Shown here in pieces: positions 44,153-53,574 of a stretch of DNA of 53,574 bases (positions within the stretch are counted from its first letter, which is position 1; each line of letters opens with the position of its first letter). The DNA lies in assembly GCA_034190245.1 (NCBI GenBank), contig JAXHTJ010000003.1:1-53574 (forward strand), given 5' to 3'. The notes beneath the pieces were generated by a model. It searched no databases. It was not told where the DNA came from and saw only the letters and a list, made by a program, of their open reading frames with translations. Made by a program: the position numbers and the translations under genes. This stretch comes from Halobacteriota archaeon. Its GTDB lineage: Archaea > Halobacteriota > Syntropharchaeia > DAOWMC01.

Positions 44153-44980
44153 TTAAGCTTTACTTGCATCTTCTTTTGGCCTTTTGGCACCGCCAAACTC
44201 CCTCGAACGTTCTGTGGCCTCGATCACTGCATACATCAGTGCAAATCTGACCCTGTGCTCCTCTATAACTCGTATTCCTCTAATCGTTGTTCCACCGGGA
44301 GAGGTTACCATATCCTTCAGCTCCTCAGGGTGTTTCTTTGTCTCAAGCACCAACTTTGCAGCCCCAAGGACCGTTTGAGCAGCAAGCTCCAGTGCTGTTA
44401 CCCTGTCCAAGCCCTCATGCACTCCACCATCTGCAAGCGCTTCAATTATCATAAAGACGAATGCAGGTGCACTGGCAAAACCAGTAACCACATCCATCAG
44501 ATCCTCTTTAATTGTAACAACCTTTCCAACAGTGATAAAGATCTCCCTTGCAATAACTTCGTCCTCTTCGGTAGCAAATTTCCCCCGGCAGATGGCAGAG
44601 ACGGACTCGCCAACAATGCATGCCATATTTGGCATAACACGGATAACCCTTCCTCCATCTCTTTCGATCCTTTCTGTGCGAATTCCGGCAGCAACAGATA
44701 TTATGAGTTTATCTTTATCCATCAAGGGACCTATCTCCGAAACCACCTCCTCTATATGGTTGGGCTTAACGGCCAAGATAACAACCTTTGATTTCTTCGC
44801 TACTTCCTCATTTTTGTTGGTCACACTGACATCAAAATTCTCTTTCAAATATCTCAATCGACTCTCGTCCACATCGCCTGTAATGATCTCATCAGGAGAA
44901 TATAAACCCGATTTTATTATACTCCTGATGATAGCCTCTCCGATATTCCCTGCACCTATAAATCCTATTTTTTTAGTCAT
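44153..44980 (-). CDS. proC: Pyrroline-5-carboxylate reductase
   Basis: IGFIGAGNIG, LAVKP, RVMPN, SPGGTT. Confidence 0.96.
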   Translation of the reverse strand: MTKKIGFIGAGNIGEAIIRSIIKSGLYSPDEIITGDVDESRLRYLKENFDVSVTNKNEEVAKKSKVVILAVKPNHIEEVVSEIGPLMDKDKLIISVAAGIRTERIERDGGRVIRVMPNMACIVGESVSAICRGKFATEEDEVIAREIFITVGKVVTIKEDLMDVVTGFASAPAFVFMIIEALADGGVHEGLDRVTALELAAQTVLGAAKLVLETKKHPEELKDMVTSPGGTTIRGIRVIEEHRVRFALMYAVIEATERSREFGGAKRPKEDASKA

Positions 44981-45405
44981 CTTTTAGACTCCGGTAAATG
45001 ACACTATATTCCAAATAAGATAAAAACCTATTTTCCTTTTTTCTCTTCTCTCTCTTAGTAAATTGATAAAAAGTATACATATTGGGATGTAGACTGTCAT
45101 TGTTGCGAAAGATAGTGCCATCATATCTTTTGAAACCATAATATCATCTACACCTTGCAACTCAATGTCGCTTAGCCTAACTTCTTATATATGCACTTGG
45201 TTTGCATATAATTCCCTCTGAATGAACTTCAATTTAACGCTTACACTTCTTAACCCACTTCTTCGATTTAAGTCCCGACCACGCCATGCTCGGAATAAAA
45301 TTTAGGGGGATTCACGGGGCGCGGTTGGTTGGGTTTATGCTAATTTTATGAATCTCTTGTTTTAAGTTTTTTTTGGTACAATATCAAAGTTATGCGAATC
45401 CCTGT

Positions 45406-45541
45406 TATAGTATAAGACTTATGTATCTTCAACCTATTTTAGCTTATGCAAGGGGATGGGATAGAACTTATAGATGCAAAATTAAGAGAGGAAAAGGATC
45501 CAAAGGTGCGACATAGGCTAAGAATGATACTTCTTCTGAAA
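45406..45541 (+). mobile_element. IS630-family left-end remnant with truncated transposase N-terminus
   Basis: TA-starting end TATAGTATAAGAC; ATG 45446 MQGDGIELIDAKLREEKDPKVRHRLRMILLLK, then broken. Confidence 0.55.
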
Positions 45542-45562
45542 CCCAACTTTGACAGTTGGGTT
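45540..45562. repeat. Palindromic junction AACCCAAC-tttgaca-GTTGGGTT
   Basis: 8-bp inverted repeat between two IS630 remnants; shares TTTGACAGTT with 46197-46206. Confidence 0.6.
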
Positions 45563-45575
45563 ATAAATAAGTATT

Positions 45576-46190
45576 TATACTCAAGAACCTAACAATTGAT
45601 ACTTAAGATCCTCATCGAGAAACTTTTCGATCCATCCTTTTGCAAAGCTGAGATGTGACGAAAACACTTCAAATTGCTCTCGTATCAACCTCAAAAACTC
45701 ACACACAGCTTCTTTTTTTTAAATTGCTCTTGAAATCAATAACTGAGGTTCCATTTATCGCGTAAAAGCCAAAGGTAATTGCTCTTAGCTTTGTTGTATT
45801 CTTTCGTATTGCTGATTTACCAAACGACCATAGCCGCTGTGTATTCGCAGTTGTCTGTGGTGAGGTATCATCGAGAAATCCAATGATTGTTCTCCTACGT
45901 ACTGCGGCGAGTTTTTTTTAAACGCTCCTCTGCATCTGCAGGTCTCCTGTAATCTCGCGGATAGGGCTTGGCATACTGCATCCCAAAACTCATTAAAATG
46001 ATTCGTACCTGTTTCAACGAATATTCGACTCCGAAGGTGCTTTGTATAAACTCACGAACTTCACTTGTTGTCCAATCGCCTCGTTCCTTGAGTAACTCGT
46101 GGAGCTGCTCCTTCTGCTCTCTCTTGAGTTTAGACGGTCTACCACCGGCGTAGCGAGGCACTAATCCGGAATAACCCTGCTCATTCCAGC
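45576..46190 (-). mobile_element. Degenerate IS630-family element (orfA wHTH + internally deleted DDE orfB)
   Basis: WNEQGYSGLVPRYAGGRPSKL...FGVEYS..PYPRD; A8 slippage site 45912-45919; orfB IIGFLDDTSPQTTANTQRLWSFGK; right end near TATACTCAAG 45576. Confidence 0.85.
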
Positions 46191-46194
46191 ATTG

Positions 46195-46317
46195 AATTTG
46201 ACAGTTACGGTCGAATACATAAAACCAGAGGAAAACGGTTCATCTTTTCCAATTTTGGGGGGGTTTCACAGGTGATTTTGGGGCAAAAACGGCCCGATTT
46301 TAGGCTTCTGTCAAATT
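46195..46317. mobile_element. MITE-like non-coding element
   Basis: 10-bp perfect terminal inverted repeats AATTTGACAG/CTGTCAAATT; sits at the truncation points of IS630 orfA and the acyltransferase pseudogene. Confidence 0.55.
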
Positions 46318-46323
46318 AATTTT

Positions 46324-47233
46324 TTGAAGAAATTAGCGGATGTTAAGTGTCAAAGATGGGTTATGAAGGCCTGGTCGGATACAGTAAATAAGAAAGAATA
46401 CACTTTGCCTCTAATTGCTACAAAAAGAGATGAATATCTTCAGGCGAACTTGGAAAAAATGATAATACTGCCCCAGGTGTCAGGTATTTTAATACAAAAG
46501 AGTTGTTGGGATTATTGTTTTATGATATTTAGAGCCCGGAGTAAACTCGCCTTACAATTTTATTTTTCTCAGAATGAGCTGAAGAATGTGAAGAAGGAAT
46601 TTGAAGCAAAAACTGATAAAAAGCTGTCTACAAAGGATGTCTTATGTACACATCTGTTCACTATTGTTTCAGAATTGGATTCATACAACAAAAAGAGATA
46701 TTCATCAATAGCAGTAGATATCAGAAACAGAGTGAATATGCCACAAAACCATTTGGGAAACGCTGTTACAAGTACAAATATGCTTACCAATCGGGGAGTT
46801 GATCCTCTTCAATTAGCTAATGATTTAAGAACAGCAGTTGACAATTTTCAGCGTTTGCATATGAATTATTTTTCAACAAAGGAATATATCGAGCAAAAAG
46901 GTGGCGCAAAAAAATTGATAGATTTGTTGCCACAGGTATTGACCCAGTAAAAAGGAGTCTATTGATCACCAGTTGGGCCAATTTTGGAGTATACGATGTA
47001 ACATTTGGGGAATCAAAGCCCTTGTACTTCGCCCCTTTAAACGAATTCCCATTTCCCTGGTTATCAGTAATAGTTGAAGGGTTCTCAAATTAGGGTCTGA
47101 TCTATTCTACGGATCTGCCGACGAAATTAACTATGAAACTAAAGCTGTAGGATAACCTTAAAAAATACATAAATATCGCGATCAAAAAGAGGTTATGCCA
47201 GAATTGATAGGAAAAGTAGGATGGTTGTTATAG
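46324..47233 (+). pseudogene. BAHD/CoA-dependent acyltransferase-like pseudogene (5'-truncated)
   Basis: LSTKDVLCTH, AVDIRNR, HLGNAV; after frameshift at A7 46908-46914 reads ITSWANFGVYDVTFG (DFGWG-like); TAG stops at 47091 and 47148; AT-rich. Confidence 0.65.
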
Positions 47234-47278
47234 TTAGAAATGGCTCCATTAAAAGACTAATCCAAGAGAGAAACTTTC

Positions 47279-49129
47279 TTATGAAGATTTTAAATCCTCT
47301 GCAACACCATCAAGCCCCAGTTCCACAAGTTTCTCTGTTGTTGGAATCCCAGTTTGAACATCCCAGCCCCGCTCATCGTAATAGTCATCAAGTAATTTTT
47401 CAGCAAGCTCTTCAGTAACTCTTACACCGCCATAAAAGTAAGTAAGTCTTGATTTGATCAGGTGCTCGGGAAATAGATCATCTTTTCTATTAAAACCCTC
47501 TCTAACATTTAATACCTTATACAGATTCCATGCCCTTTCAGCGGCTTTCATATGGTCCTCTCTTCTCGTCTGCCTCCCTGTTACAGCAGAGTAAAGCTCA
47601 GCACAGAGCTTGGCGCTGTAGAATCTATTTATCTGCGCTCGTGCACATACTCCCAGAGAGCCAAGGACTGTGAACCAATCCTCGGAGTATCTCGTGAGCC
47701 TTCCGACACTGAATCCCATCTTCTCTTCGGGTGGGATGAATATCCTATCAATTGCATCTTCCGGTATTCCTGTCCTATCAAAGTGGGTCCTGAAAGAATC
47801 GAGTGGACGGCCTGGTGCAAAGTAGGTCGGAGATCCTCCGGAGGCGACCTGTGGCCCTCTTGGATTAACAATCTGTTCAAATTCGATTGTGCCGAGACGC
47901 ATCATCTTCGGATCGACAACAAAGCTCATACCTTTTATGATGGAAGTATATTCTTCCAATTCATCTCCAAATCTCTTCACAATCCCGCATAAGCCCTCTG
48001 CCAAGATATCGCCAAAACCTTGTCTGTATGAGGTCATTTCAAGCAATTTAAGTATCGTATCAAAATTCTTCTTCAATGCAAGGCCATCTGTATCCTGATC
48101 TGTTATTACTCCACGTTTGTAAAGATCGAAGACAAATAAAAAGAGATTTGTTATCGCTACCGAGTCGAGTCCATATCTGTTTATCATATCGAAACATTTT
48201 ATAGTCCGATCATAAGAGCCAGCGCCAATCACACCGAGTTGATATGCATTGACAATAGAGGCCTGATAAGAGACCATACCTGCAAACTCACCCTCTTTTA
48301 TCTCGATCAGATCTTTATCACCAATCGGGCAGGATGGGCACGCAATTCTCGCCTTCTTCAGTTTCTCAATATACTGATCCTTTGGCACGATTGGAATCGA
48401 ACGAATCAGTCCATACTTCATCCATTCTTCACGTAGGGGATACTTTAATATGCGATCGTACAACTTTTTGTATGACTTCATAAGCCTATTTCGGTCAGAA
48501 ACCTCTACGCCTTTTGTACCTCTTGTAATAATTGCCTTGAGGTTCTTTGATCCCATTACGGCTCCAAATCCACCTCTTCCAAGTGTAGAGATTCTATCAA
48601 CGAGGGCCATCGATATTTTGACCATATTCTCTCCTGCCTGCCCAATCGAGATCACTCCACAGTTGTCATACATCTTCCATAGCTCATCAGCGGTTTCATT
48701 GGTATCTTTTCCCCACAGATGGCTTGCATCATTTAGGTGAACATCATCGTCAGAGATACTCAGGTAAACGGGACTCTCTGCTCTGCCCGTCACAATAACA
48801 TGGTCATAGCCTGCGTTCTTCAACATACATCCAAAACTCATACTACCACCTGCCCATCCGATAGAACCGTTTATTGGCATCTTTGAAGTAATATAAATTC
48901 TCGATGTAGCAGGAACAACCGTACCGACAAGAGGCCCTGCACCAATTATAATCGGGTTATCTGGCGAGAGTGGATCTATTCCTGGCTCGATGAGATCGTA
49001 AGCCAGCTTGAGATTGATACCAAGACCACCGATGAAATCTTTAATCAGATCTTCGTCAAGTGGTTCTTTTCCGATTTTGCCTGTGGTTAAGTCCACATGA
49101 AGTATGTTTCCGGCGTAGCCATAATACAT
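47279..49129 (-). CDS. Aldehyde:ferredoxin oxidoreductase family protein (divergent paralog)
   Basis: YGYAGNILHVDL, GRGGFGAVMGSKNLKA, CPSCPIGD, GLDSV, YYDERGWD. Confidence 0.9.
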   Translation of the reverse strand: MYYGYAGNILHVDLTTGKIGKEPLDEDLIKDFIGGLGINLKLAYDLIEPGIDPLSPDNPIIIGAGPLVGTVVPATSRIYITSKMPINGSIGWAGGSMSFGCMLKNAGYDHVIVTGRAESPVYLSISDDDVHLNDASHLWGKDTNETADELWKMYDNCGVISIGQAGENMVKISMALVDRISTLGRGGFGAVMGSKNLKAIITRGTKGVEVSDRNRLMKSYKKLYDRILKYPLREEWMKYGLIRSIPIVPKDQYIEKLKKARIACPSCPIGDKDLIEIKEGEFAGMVSYQASIVNAYQLGVIGAGSYDRTIKCFDMINRYGLDSVAITNLFLFVFDLYKRGVITDQDTDGLALKKNFDTILKLLEMTSYRQGFGDILAEGLCGIVKRFGDELEEYTSIIKGMSFVVDPKMMRLGTIEFEQIVNPRGPQVASGGSPTYFAPGRPLDSFRTHFDRTGIPEDAIDRIFIPPEEKMGFSVGRLTRYSEDWFTVLGSLGVCARAQINRFYSAKLCAELYSAVTGRQTRREDHMKAAERAWNLYKVLNVREGFNRKDDLFPEHLIKSRLTYFYGGVRVTEELAEKLLDDYYDERGWDVQTGIPTTEKLVELGLDGVAEDLKSS

Positions 49130-49360
49130 TCACTCACCTCCTTTTTCTAGCGCTCCATACAAACAATAGTTAGCACAGAGCACACAACCTTTTACGCATT
49201 CATCGGCGAAACTGATTCTTCTTTCGTGATCCTTTTCCTCAATTAAAATGTGGGACTTCGATGGGTTAAACGCCTTTTCATATGTAAAAGAGCAGTGAAG
49301 TTGACATATTAAGCATCCCGTACAATTTTCTTTATGTACAATAATTTTACCTTTATCCAT
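49130..49360 (-). CDS. 4Fe-4S ferredoxin-like subunit associated with AOR
   Basis: CTGCLICQLHC and CVKGCVLCANYC; abuts AOR start. Confidence 0.85.
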   Translation of the reverse strand: MDKGKIIVHKENCTGCLICQLHCSFTYEKAFNPSKSHILIEEKDHERRISFADECVKGCVLCANYCLYGALEKGGE

Positions 49361-49546
49361 TGCATCACATCTTTTAGTTGTGATATGATGATATATAATA
49401 CTTGACTATAATTTTATATAAACAACTGCAATACCGTAGTTATAAAGAGGCAGATGACGAGCCAACCATTATAAGGAGGGTAAAAGCTCTGGAGAAGAAG
49501 TTTTCAACGATAAAATAATTTCATCGTATCAAATTAGATTACCAAG

Positions 49547-50140
49547 TTATTGATGGTGTAGGCCATGCTTGATCGTGAATATCCTGTATTTGATATCATC
49601 GTCTTTAAGCTCCTCTTCAATTCGTTTTACTATGAGTTTATCTGGATGATATAGACCCTTAATCCTTTCCGAGATATCTTCGAAGCTCGAAAATTCACTC
49701 TTCTTACGCTCGTTTATAATCGACCACATCGTCTTCTTCCCGATTCCTGGAAGTAACTCCAGCATATGCAGTCTTGTCGTTATCGCGTAAGACTCGTTAT
49801 AGACATCAAGAAATCTCTCTTCGTTACTTTTTACTATCTCTTCGATCACATACGGGAGCTCTATTTTTGCTCCATGTGTCAGCTCATCATATCTCAGTTG
49901 CCTCTTCACATGATCGATTACATCTCTCTCGTCAGCTCCAATGTACACTCTCTCCTGAGTCTGTGTAACTTTCCCCTCTTTTGGTACAGCTTCCATCAGA
50001 AAAAACTTCTTTTCCCCAATCACTTGAACGATCGGTTTCTTCTGAAAAACCGGTCGGTTATCTTCAGGATAACCGTACGGCAGATAGTCCAAGACCCAAG
50101 CATGCGTTTCCTTCTCTTTTTTAGAATCCTCAGGCCTCAT
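49547..50140 (-). CDS. DUF655 family nucleic-acid-binding protein
   Basis: VLDYLPYG, RLHMLELLPGIGKK HhH; downstream of rpo4. Confidence 0.9.
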   Translation of the reverse strand: MRPEDSKKEKETHAWVLDYLPYGYPEDNRPVFQKKPIVQVIGEKKFFLMEAVPKEGKVTQTQERVYIGADERDVIDHVKRQLRYDELTHGAKIELPYVIEEIVKSNEERFLDVYNESYAITTRLHMLELLPGIGKKTMWSIINERKKSEFSSFEDISERIKGLYHPDKLIVKRIEEELKDDDIKYRIFTIKHGLHHQ

Positions 50141-50162
50141 ATCTCTCCTCCAAATGACGGAT

Positions 50163-50516
50163 CTATTTACTGTAATCTGAGACTAAATCAAGTATTTTAT
50201 CTAGCTCTTCATCTGTCAGTGTGAATCGCTCTTTTGCATATACTGATCTGAGCTCATCCCTTGTTTTTGGCATCAAATCAGATATTTTTATCGCTATTTC
50301 TGGCTTCATCTTATCAAGCTTGACCAGTTTTTTGACCAGCGCGCGTGCAGATTTACCATCAGTCTTGGCAAACTTGTTTGCATGAGCAATTGCTTTTCGT
50401 TTTCCATACGCCATATCCTCATCGGAGACATGCTTATCTTTAATCGAGTTTAAAATATCTTTTGCTTCTGCAAGTGTTATCGACTCCTCGCTAATTACTT
50501 CTTTTATGAGCATCAT
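50163..50516 (-). CDS. rpo4: DNA-directed RNA polymerase subunit F (Rpo4)
   Basis: ITLAEAKDIL, AIKISDLMP..RDELRSVY; adjacent to DUF655. Confidence 0.92.
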   Translation of the reverse strand: MMLIKEVISEESITLAEAKDILNSIKDKHVSDEDMAYGKRKAIAHANKFAKTDGKSARALVKKLVKLDKMKPEIAIKISDLMPKTRDELRSVYAKERFTLTDEELDKILDLVSDYSK

Positions 50517-50613
50517 TTATCAAATCAAAATATCGTATCTCTATATAAATATATATCGGTCATAATGAGATTAAATATCCAAAATATTTATAGAGGATTG
50601 CACTTTATGTTGG

Positions 50614-52155
50614 GTGAGGGAAAAATTGGCAAGAGAGATAGTCGGCATAATATTCGGAGAGACAAGCCCATTTGAATTTAAATTTGCCGTTTCTGATGTT
50701 GAAACGAAGAGAAGTGATTATGTTAAGGTATCGCATAACTCAAGATGGGTGCTTGCACAGGTTGTTGCAATCACAATATCCAGCGATGTCTTATCACTCG
50801 ATGCCGCCATAAGTGCCGCCTCAGGAAAGAGAATCGGTGATACTGAAGAGAAGATTGTTGCAAAGGCTATAGTCATCGGCTCGAAGGATAAGAATGGACT
50901 TCTCAGAACTCCAAAAACACCTTTTTCACCTGGCGATAAGGTCTATAAAGCAGACCATTCTCTCATCAAGAAGACACTGGGACTGGCATCAGGAGATGCA
51001 TATATCGGTCTACTGGAAGGAAGCGATATTCAGGTACGTATCGATGTTAACAAGCTGGTACAACACCACTGCAGCATACTTGCTAAGACCGGAAGCGGGA
51101 AATCATATACAGCGGGAGTTATTATTGAGGAACTTATAGAAAAAGGAGTGCCACTCTTGATCATCGACCCTCATGGCGAGTACACCTCTCTGAAGGGAGT
51201 GAACAGAAACAAGGATGATAATATTCTGATGGAGAGATTTGGGTTACTGCCAAGAGGATATGACTCCGTTATAACTTTTACACCATCCAACCTGACCTTG
51301 AATCAAGTAGCTGATGAAGTTTTCAGACTTGATGGTGTCAATCTGAGTGCTAAAATGCTCTCACAACTTATGCCATCGCTTACAAACACTCAGATAGGCG
51401 TTTTATACAGGTCAGTTAGAAGAGTGATGGCACATAATGAGTTTTACACAATCGAAGACATTCTAGCCGAAGTCAGCGGTGATAATAGCAACGCCAAGTG
51501 GAACGTCATAGACGCACTGGAGTCGCTCAGAGATATGGGCATCTTCTCCGATAGTCCCACTGTGATCGATGATCTTATGCAAAAGGGAAAAACATCCATA
51601 ATTGATATGAGAGGTGTTGATCCGGATCTGAAGGACATCGTTGTATCTATGATTTGTGGTGAGCTATGGGAAGCAAGAAAGATAGGAAGAGTTCCTCCTG
51701 GCATGCTAATAATAGAAGAGTCTCACGAGTTCTGCCCTGAGAAAGGGTATGGAAAGACAGCGAGCTCAAACATAATAAGAACGATTGCATCGGAAGGTAG
51801 AAAGTTCGGTTTGGGACTGATGGTAATATCACAAAGACCTGCCAGAATTGATAAGAATGTTCTTTCACAGTGCCATACACAGATAATTTTGAGGATTACA
51901 AACGCAAACGACCTCAGGGCCTTAACCAAAGGATTGGAGGGGATAAGTACGGAGCTTGAGGAGGAGATCAAGAGGCTACCACCAGGGGTGGCCCTCCTTG
52001 TCAGCGATGACATTGAGAGGCCGATATCGGTCGATATCAGAGTACGAAGGAGTGCACATGGCGGAGAGTCAATATCCATATTGGATGAAGAGGATAGCGA
52101 AGAAGCACATGAAAGCCTGATTACATCGATCTTCAGGAGAAGTGAAAGGGATTAG
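50614..52155 (+). CDS. HerA/DUF87-family ATPase with HAS-barrel
   Basis: N-terminal beta-barrel, AKTGSGKS, IDPHGEY, IIEESH, EGRKFG, SQRPA. Confidence 0.9.
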   Translation: MREKLAREIVGIIFGETSPFEFKFAVSDVETKRSDYVKVSHNSRWVLAQVVAITISSDVLSLDAAISAASGKRIGDTEEKIVAKAIVIGSKDKNGLLRTPKTPFSPGDKVYKADHSLIKKTLGLASGDAYIGLLEGSDIQVRIDVNKLVQHHCSILAKTGSGKSYTAGVIIEELIEKGVPLLIIDPHGEYTSLKGVNRNKDDNILMERFGLLPRGYDSVITFTPSNLTLNQVADEVFRLDGVNLSAKMLSQLMPSLTNTQIGVLYRSVRRVMAHNEFYTIEDILAEVSGDNSNAKWNVIDALESLRDMGIFSDSPTVIDDLMQKGKTSIIDMRGVDPDLKDIVVSMICGELWEARKIGRVPPGMLIIEESHEFCPEKGYGKTASSNIIRTIASEGRKFGLGLMVISQRPARIDKNVLSQCHTQIILRITNANDLRALTKGLEGISTELEEEIKRLPPGVALLVSDDIERPISVDIRVRRSAHGGESISILDEEDSEEAHESLITSIFRRSERD

Positions 52156-52157
52156 AG

Positions 52158-52505
52158 ATGCCCGACTACCTTATTTTGCTCGAAGGTGCATGGATAGTGA
52201 AGGATGTAGATTCGGTAAATGACGCTGCAAGCATCGCAATTTCAGAGATTGGAAAGAGGTTGAATCCCAAATTTAAGTACGTAGATTTTGAGGTCGGTAA
52301 GGGGGTGTGTCCAGCCTGCAAAGATGAGGTTGATAAAGTTATCCTGGTCGCAAGAACAGCACTTGTTGGAATTCTGTTCAAGATGAAAGTGTATGATGCA
52401 AAGAACGAGAAACATGCCTCACAAATCGCAAAATCCGTAATCGGAAAGGCACTCAGAGATATACCTTTGAAAGTCGTTGAGATGAGTGAGATTAAAGATG
52501 GTTAG
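52158..52505 (+). CDS. DUF555 (UPF0212) family protein
   Basis: AWIVKDV..DAASIAISE.GKRL, CPAC, HASQIAKS.IG. Confidence 0.85.
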   Translation: MPDYLILLEGAWIVKDVDSVNDAASIAISEIGKRLNPKFKYVDFEVGKGVCPACKDEVDKVILVARTALVGILFKMKVYDAKNEKHASQIAKSVIGKALRDIPLKVVEMSEIKDG

Positions 52506-52522
52506 TCCTCAAATAGCTTGCA

Positions 52523-53191
52523 CTATACCACAATCTCATTATCAGAAAGTTGTTTTAATATATCCTCTACAACCTCTTCCCTGAGATCTACCTCTTCGGA
52601 TAATTCTCGAATTGATGGGTGGCCTTCCCCCAAAATCACGTATAGAATGCTACGCTGATGGTAATCGTCCAGCTTCCCGATGATGTTGTGGGCCTCTTCC
52701 AGAATCTTTTGTTTAATTTGACATAGATGCATACGCTGTTCTTCCAGCTCCTGGATGGATCCATTGATATCTTTAATGAAGTTTGAGAGCTCGCTTAACC
52801 TTCTCAATGAATTCTTTGCCTTTGATATGCGCTGATATTCAAGGTCGAGGTCTTCAAACTTGGAGGTTATCCTTTCGCTCAAATCCTCAAAAGTCTTCAG
52901 CCCCACATCAAACATACATGGGCCAAGGTCTATGCGGATGGAAAATTGCTTATTGGGCATATAGTATGTCCGTGGAGGTCCGGCAGTACTCTCCATCTCA
53001 TACGATTCTACAACACCGGCCTCTTCCAAGGCTTTAAGATGCTTTGTTATAGCTTGCTGACTAATTTTAAGCTCTTTTGATAGTTGCAATGGATAATGTG
53101 CCTCTTTTACCAATTTATACAATATTTTGCGTCTTATTGGGTTTTCAACTACCTTCAGGAGTACATCAAGATCCGCCCTTCTTCTCCTCAT
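52523..53191 (-). CDS. ArsR-family transcriptional regulator with coiled-coil and C-terminal wHTH
   Basis: ENPIRRKIL, YPLQLS, SQQAITKHL, GPPRTYY. Confidence 0.88.
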   Translation of the reverse strand: MRRRRADLDVLLKVVENPIRRKILYKLVKEAHYPLQLSKELKISQQAITKHLKALEEAGVVESYEMESTAGPPRTYYMPNKQFSIRIDLGPCMFDVGLKTFEDLSERITSKFEDLDLEYQRISKAKNSLRRLSELSNFIKDINGSIQELEEQRMHLCQIKQKILEEAHNIIGKLDDYHQRSILYVILGEGHPSIRELSEEVDLREEVVEDILKQLSDNEIVV

Positions 53192-53492
53192 TCAGCTACA
53201 CCCTTTTATGATCATCGGTGAGACGGTATAAAACAACTTCAACGTTTTATCAACCAAAGGTTGTATACCTATGATTGATATTTAACTTTAAGATCATATA
53301 AAGCTTTCGGCATAGAATTTAGGTCATCCAGAAACCCCTGTTTATCCATCATCACGAATTAGAATGGTCATCTCGCAGAACCATTCTATTTTCATGCATC
53401 TTTTGTGCTATTTAAAAAAATAACTAATTTGCCAAAGCTTCCTAAATAACACCACAATACATATTTACCATAGCCCCCTAAGTATATACACC

Positions 53493-53574
53493 ATGCCTTT
53501 TACAAGCAACCGTCCAAAATTAAACTTAACTCAAAAAGAGATCGACAAATTAACCGAGATTTCCAATTCCAGGA
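53493..53574 (+). mobile_element. Start of probable IS630-family transposase, running off the window
   Basis: MPFTSNRPKLNLTQKEIDKLTEISNSR resembles IS630 N-terminal HTH starts. Confidence 0.5.

Noticed and set aside
44984-45180. Possible small hydrophobic ORF upstream of proC on the minus strand
   Set aside because: Under 60 aa, no clear SD or family motif, and adjacent to IS debris; cannot be supported.
50614-52505. HerA ATPase + DUF555 as an anti-phage system (e.g. Sir2-HerA)
   Set aside because: No nuclease or Sir2 effector nearby; context (rpo4, DUF555, ArsR) looks like core genome.

Overview
A 53.6-kb chromosomal segment from a euryarchaeote, most likely Halobacteriota (Methanosarcinia/Syntropharchaeia/ANME-like; the taxon is inferred). 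Evidence: an HMf-type histone, Rpo4, aIF-1A, RIO1, Hef, AglJ, an MfnE-like kinase, a DUF2117-like protein, PGF-/PEF-CTERM surface proteins and gyrB. Core genes (pyrG, dapL, hef, GGPP synthase, hisI, gyrB, tyrS, proC, rpo4, tRNA-Gln, tRNA-Ser) are interleaved with bacterial-like acyl-CoA and aldehyde catabolic genes: an SDR, a paired FadE26/27-type acyl-CoA dehydrogenase set, an ADP-forming acyl-CoA synthetase alpha subunit and two AORs. There is also an AAA+/vWA pair, two ABC-2 systems, an IS630/MITE scar with a BAHD-like acyltransferase pseudogene, and the start of another IS630 at the right edge. The most striking structure is at 20.09-23.38 kb. Two promoter+NosD/PEF-CTERM+terminator units sit between three copies of a ~42-bp sequence that is the 3' end of the neighbouring MBL-hydrolase gene. 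This att-cassette-att-cassette-att layout has no integrase in the window and lies next to a tRNA-Gln carrying C instead of the near-invariant U33. Other oddities: an orphan bacterial-type ruvA joined to a gyrA-less gyrB by a 22-aa ORF with ATGA overlaps at both ends, a ~40-aa CPYC-containing insertion in GGPP synthase, and probable non-AUG starts (ATC for a beta-CASP nuclease, CTG for aIF-1A). All family assignments come from motif recognition, not database searches.
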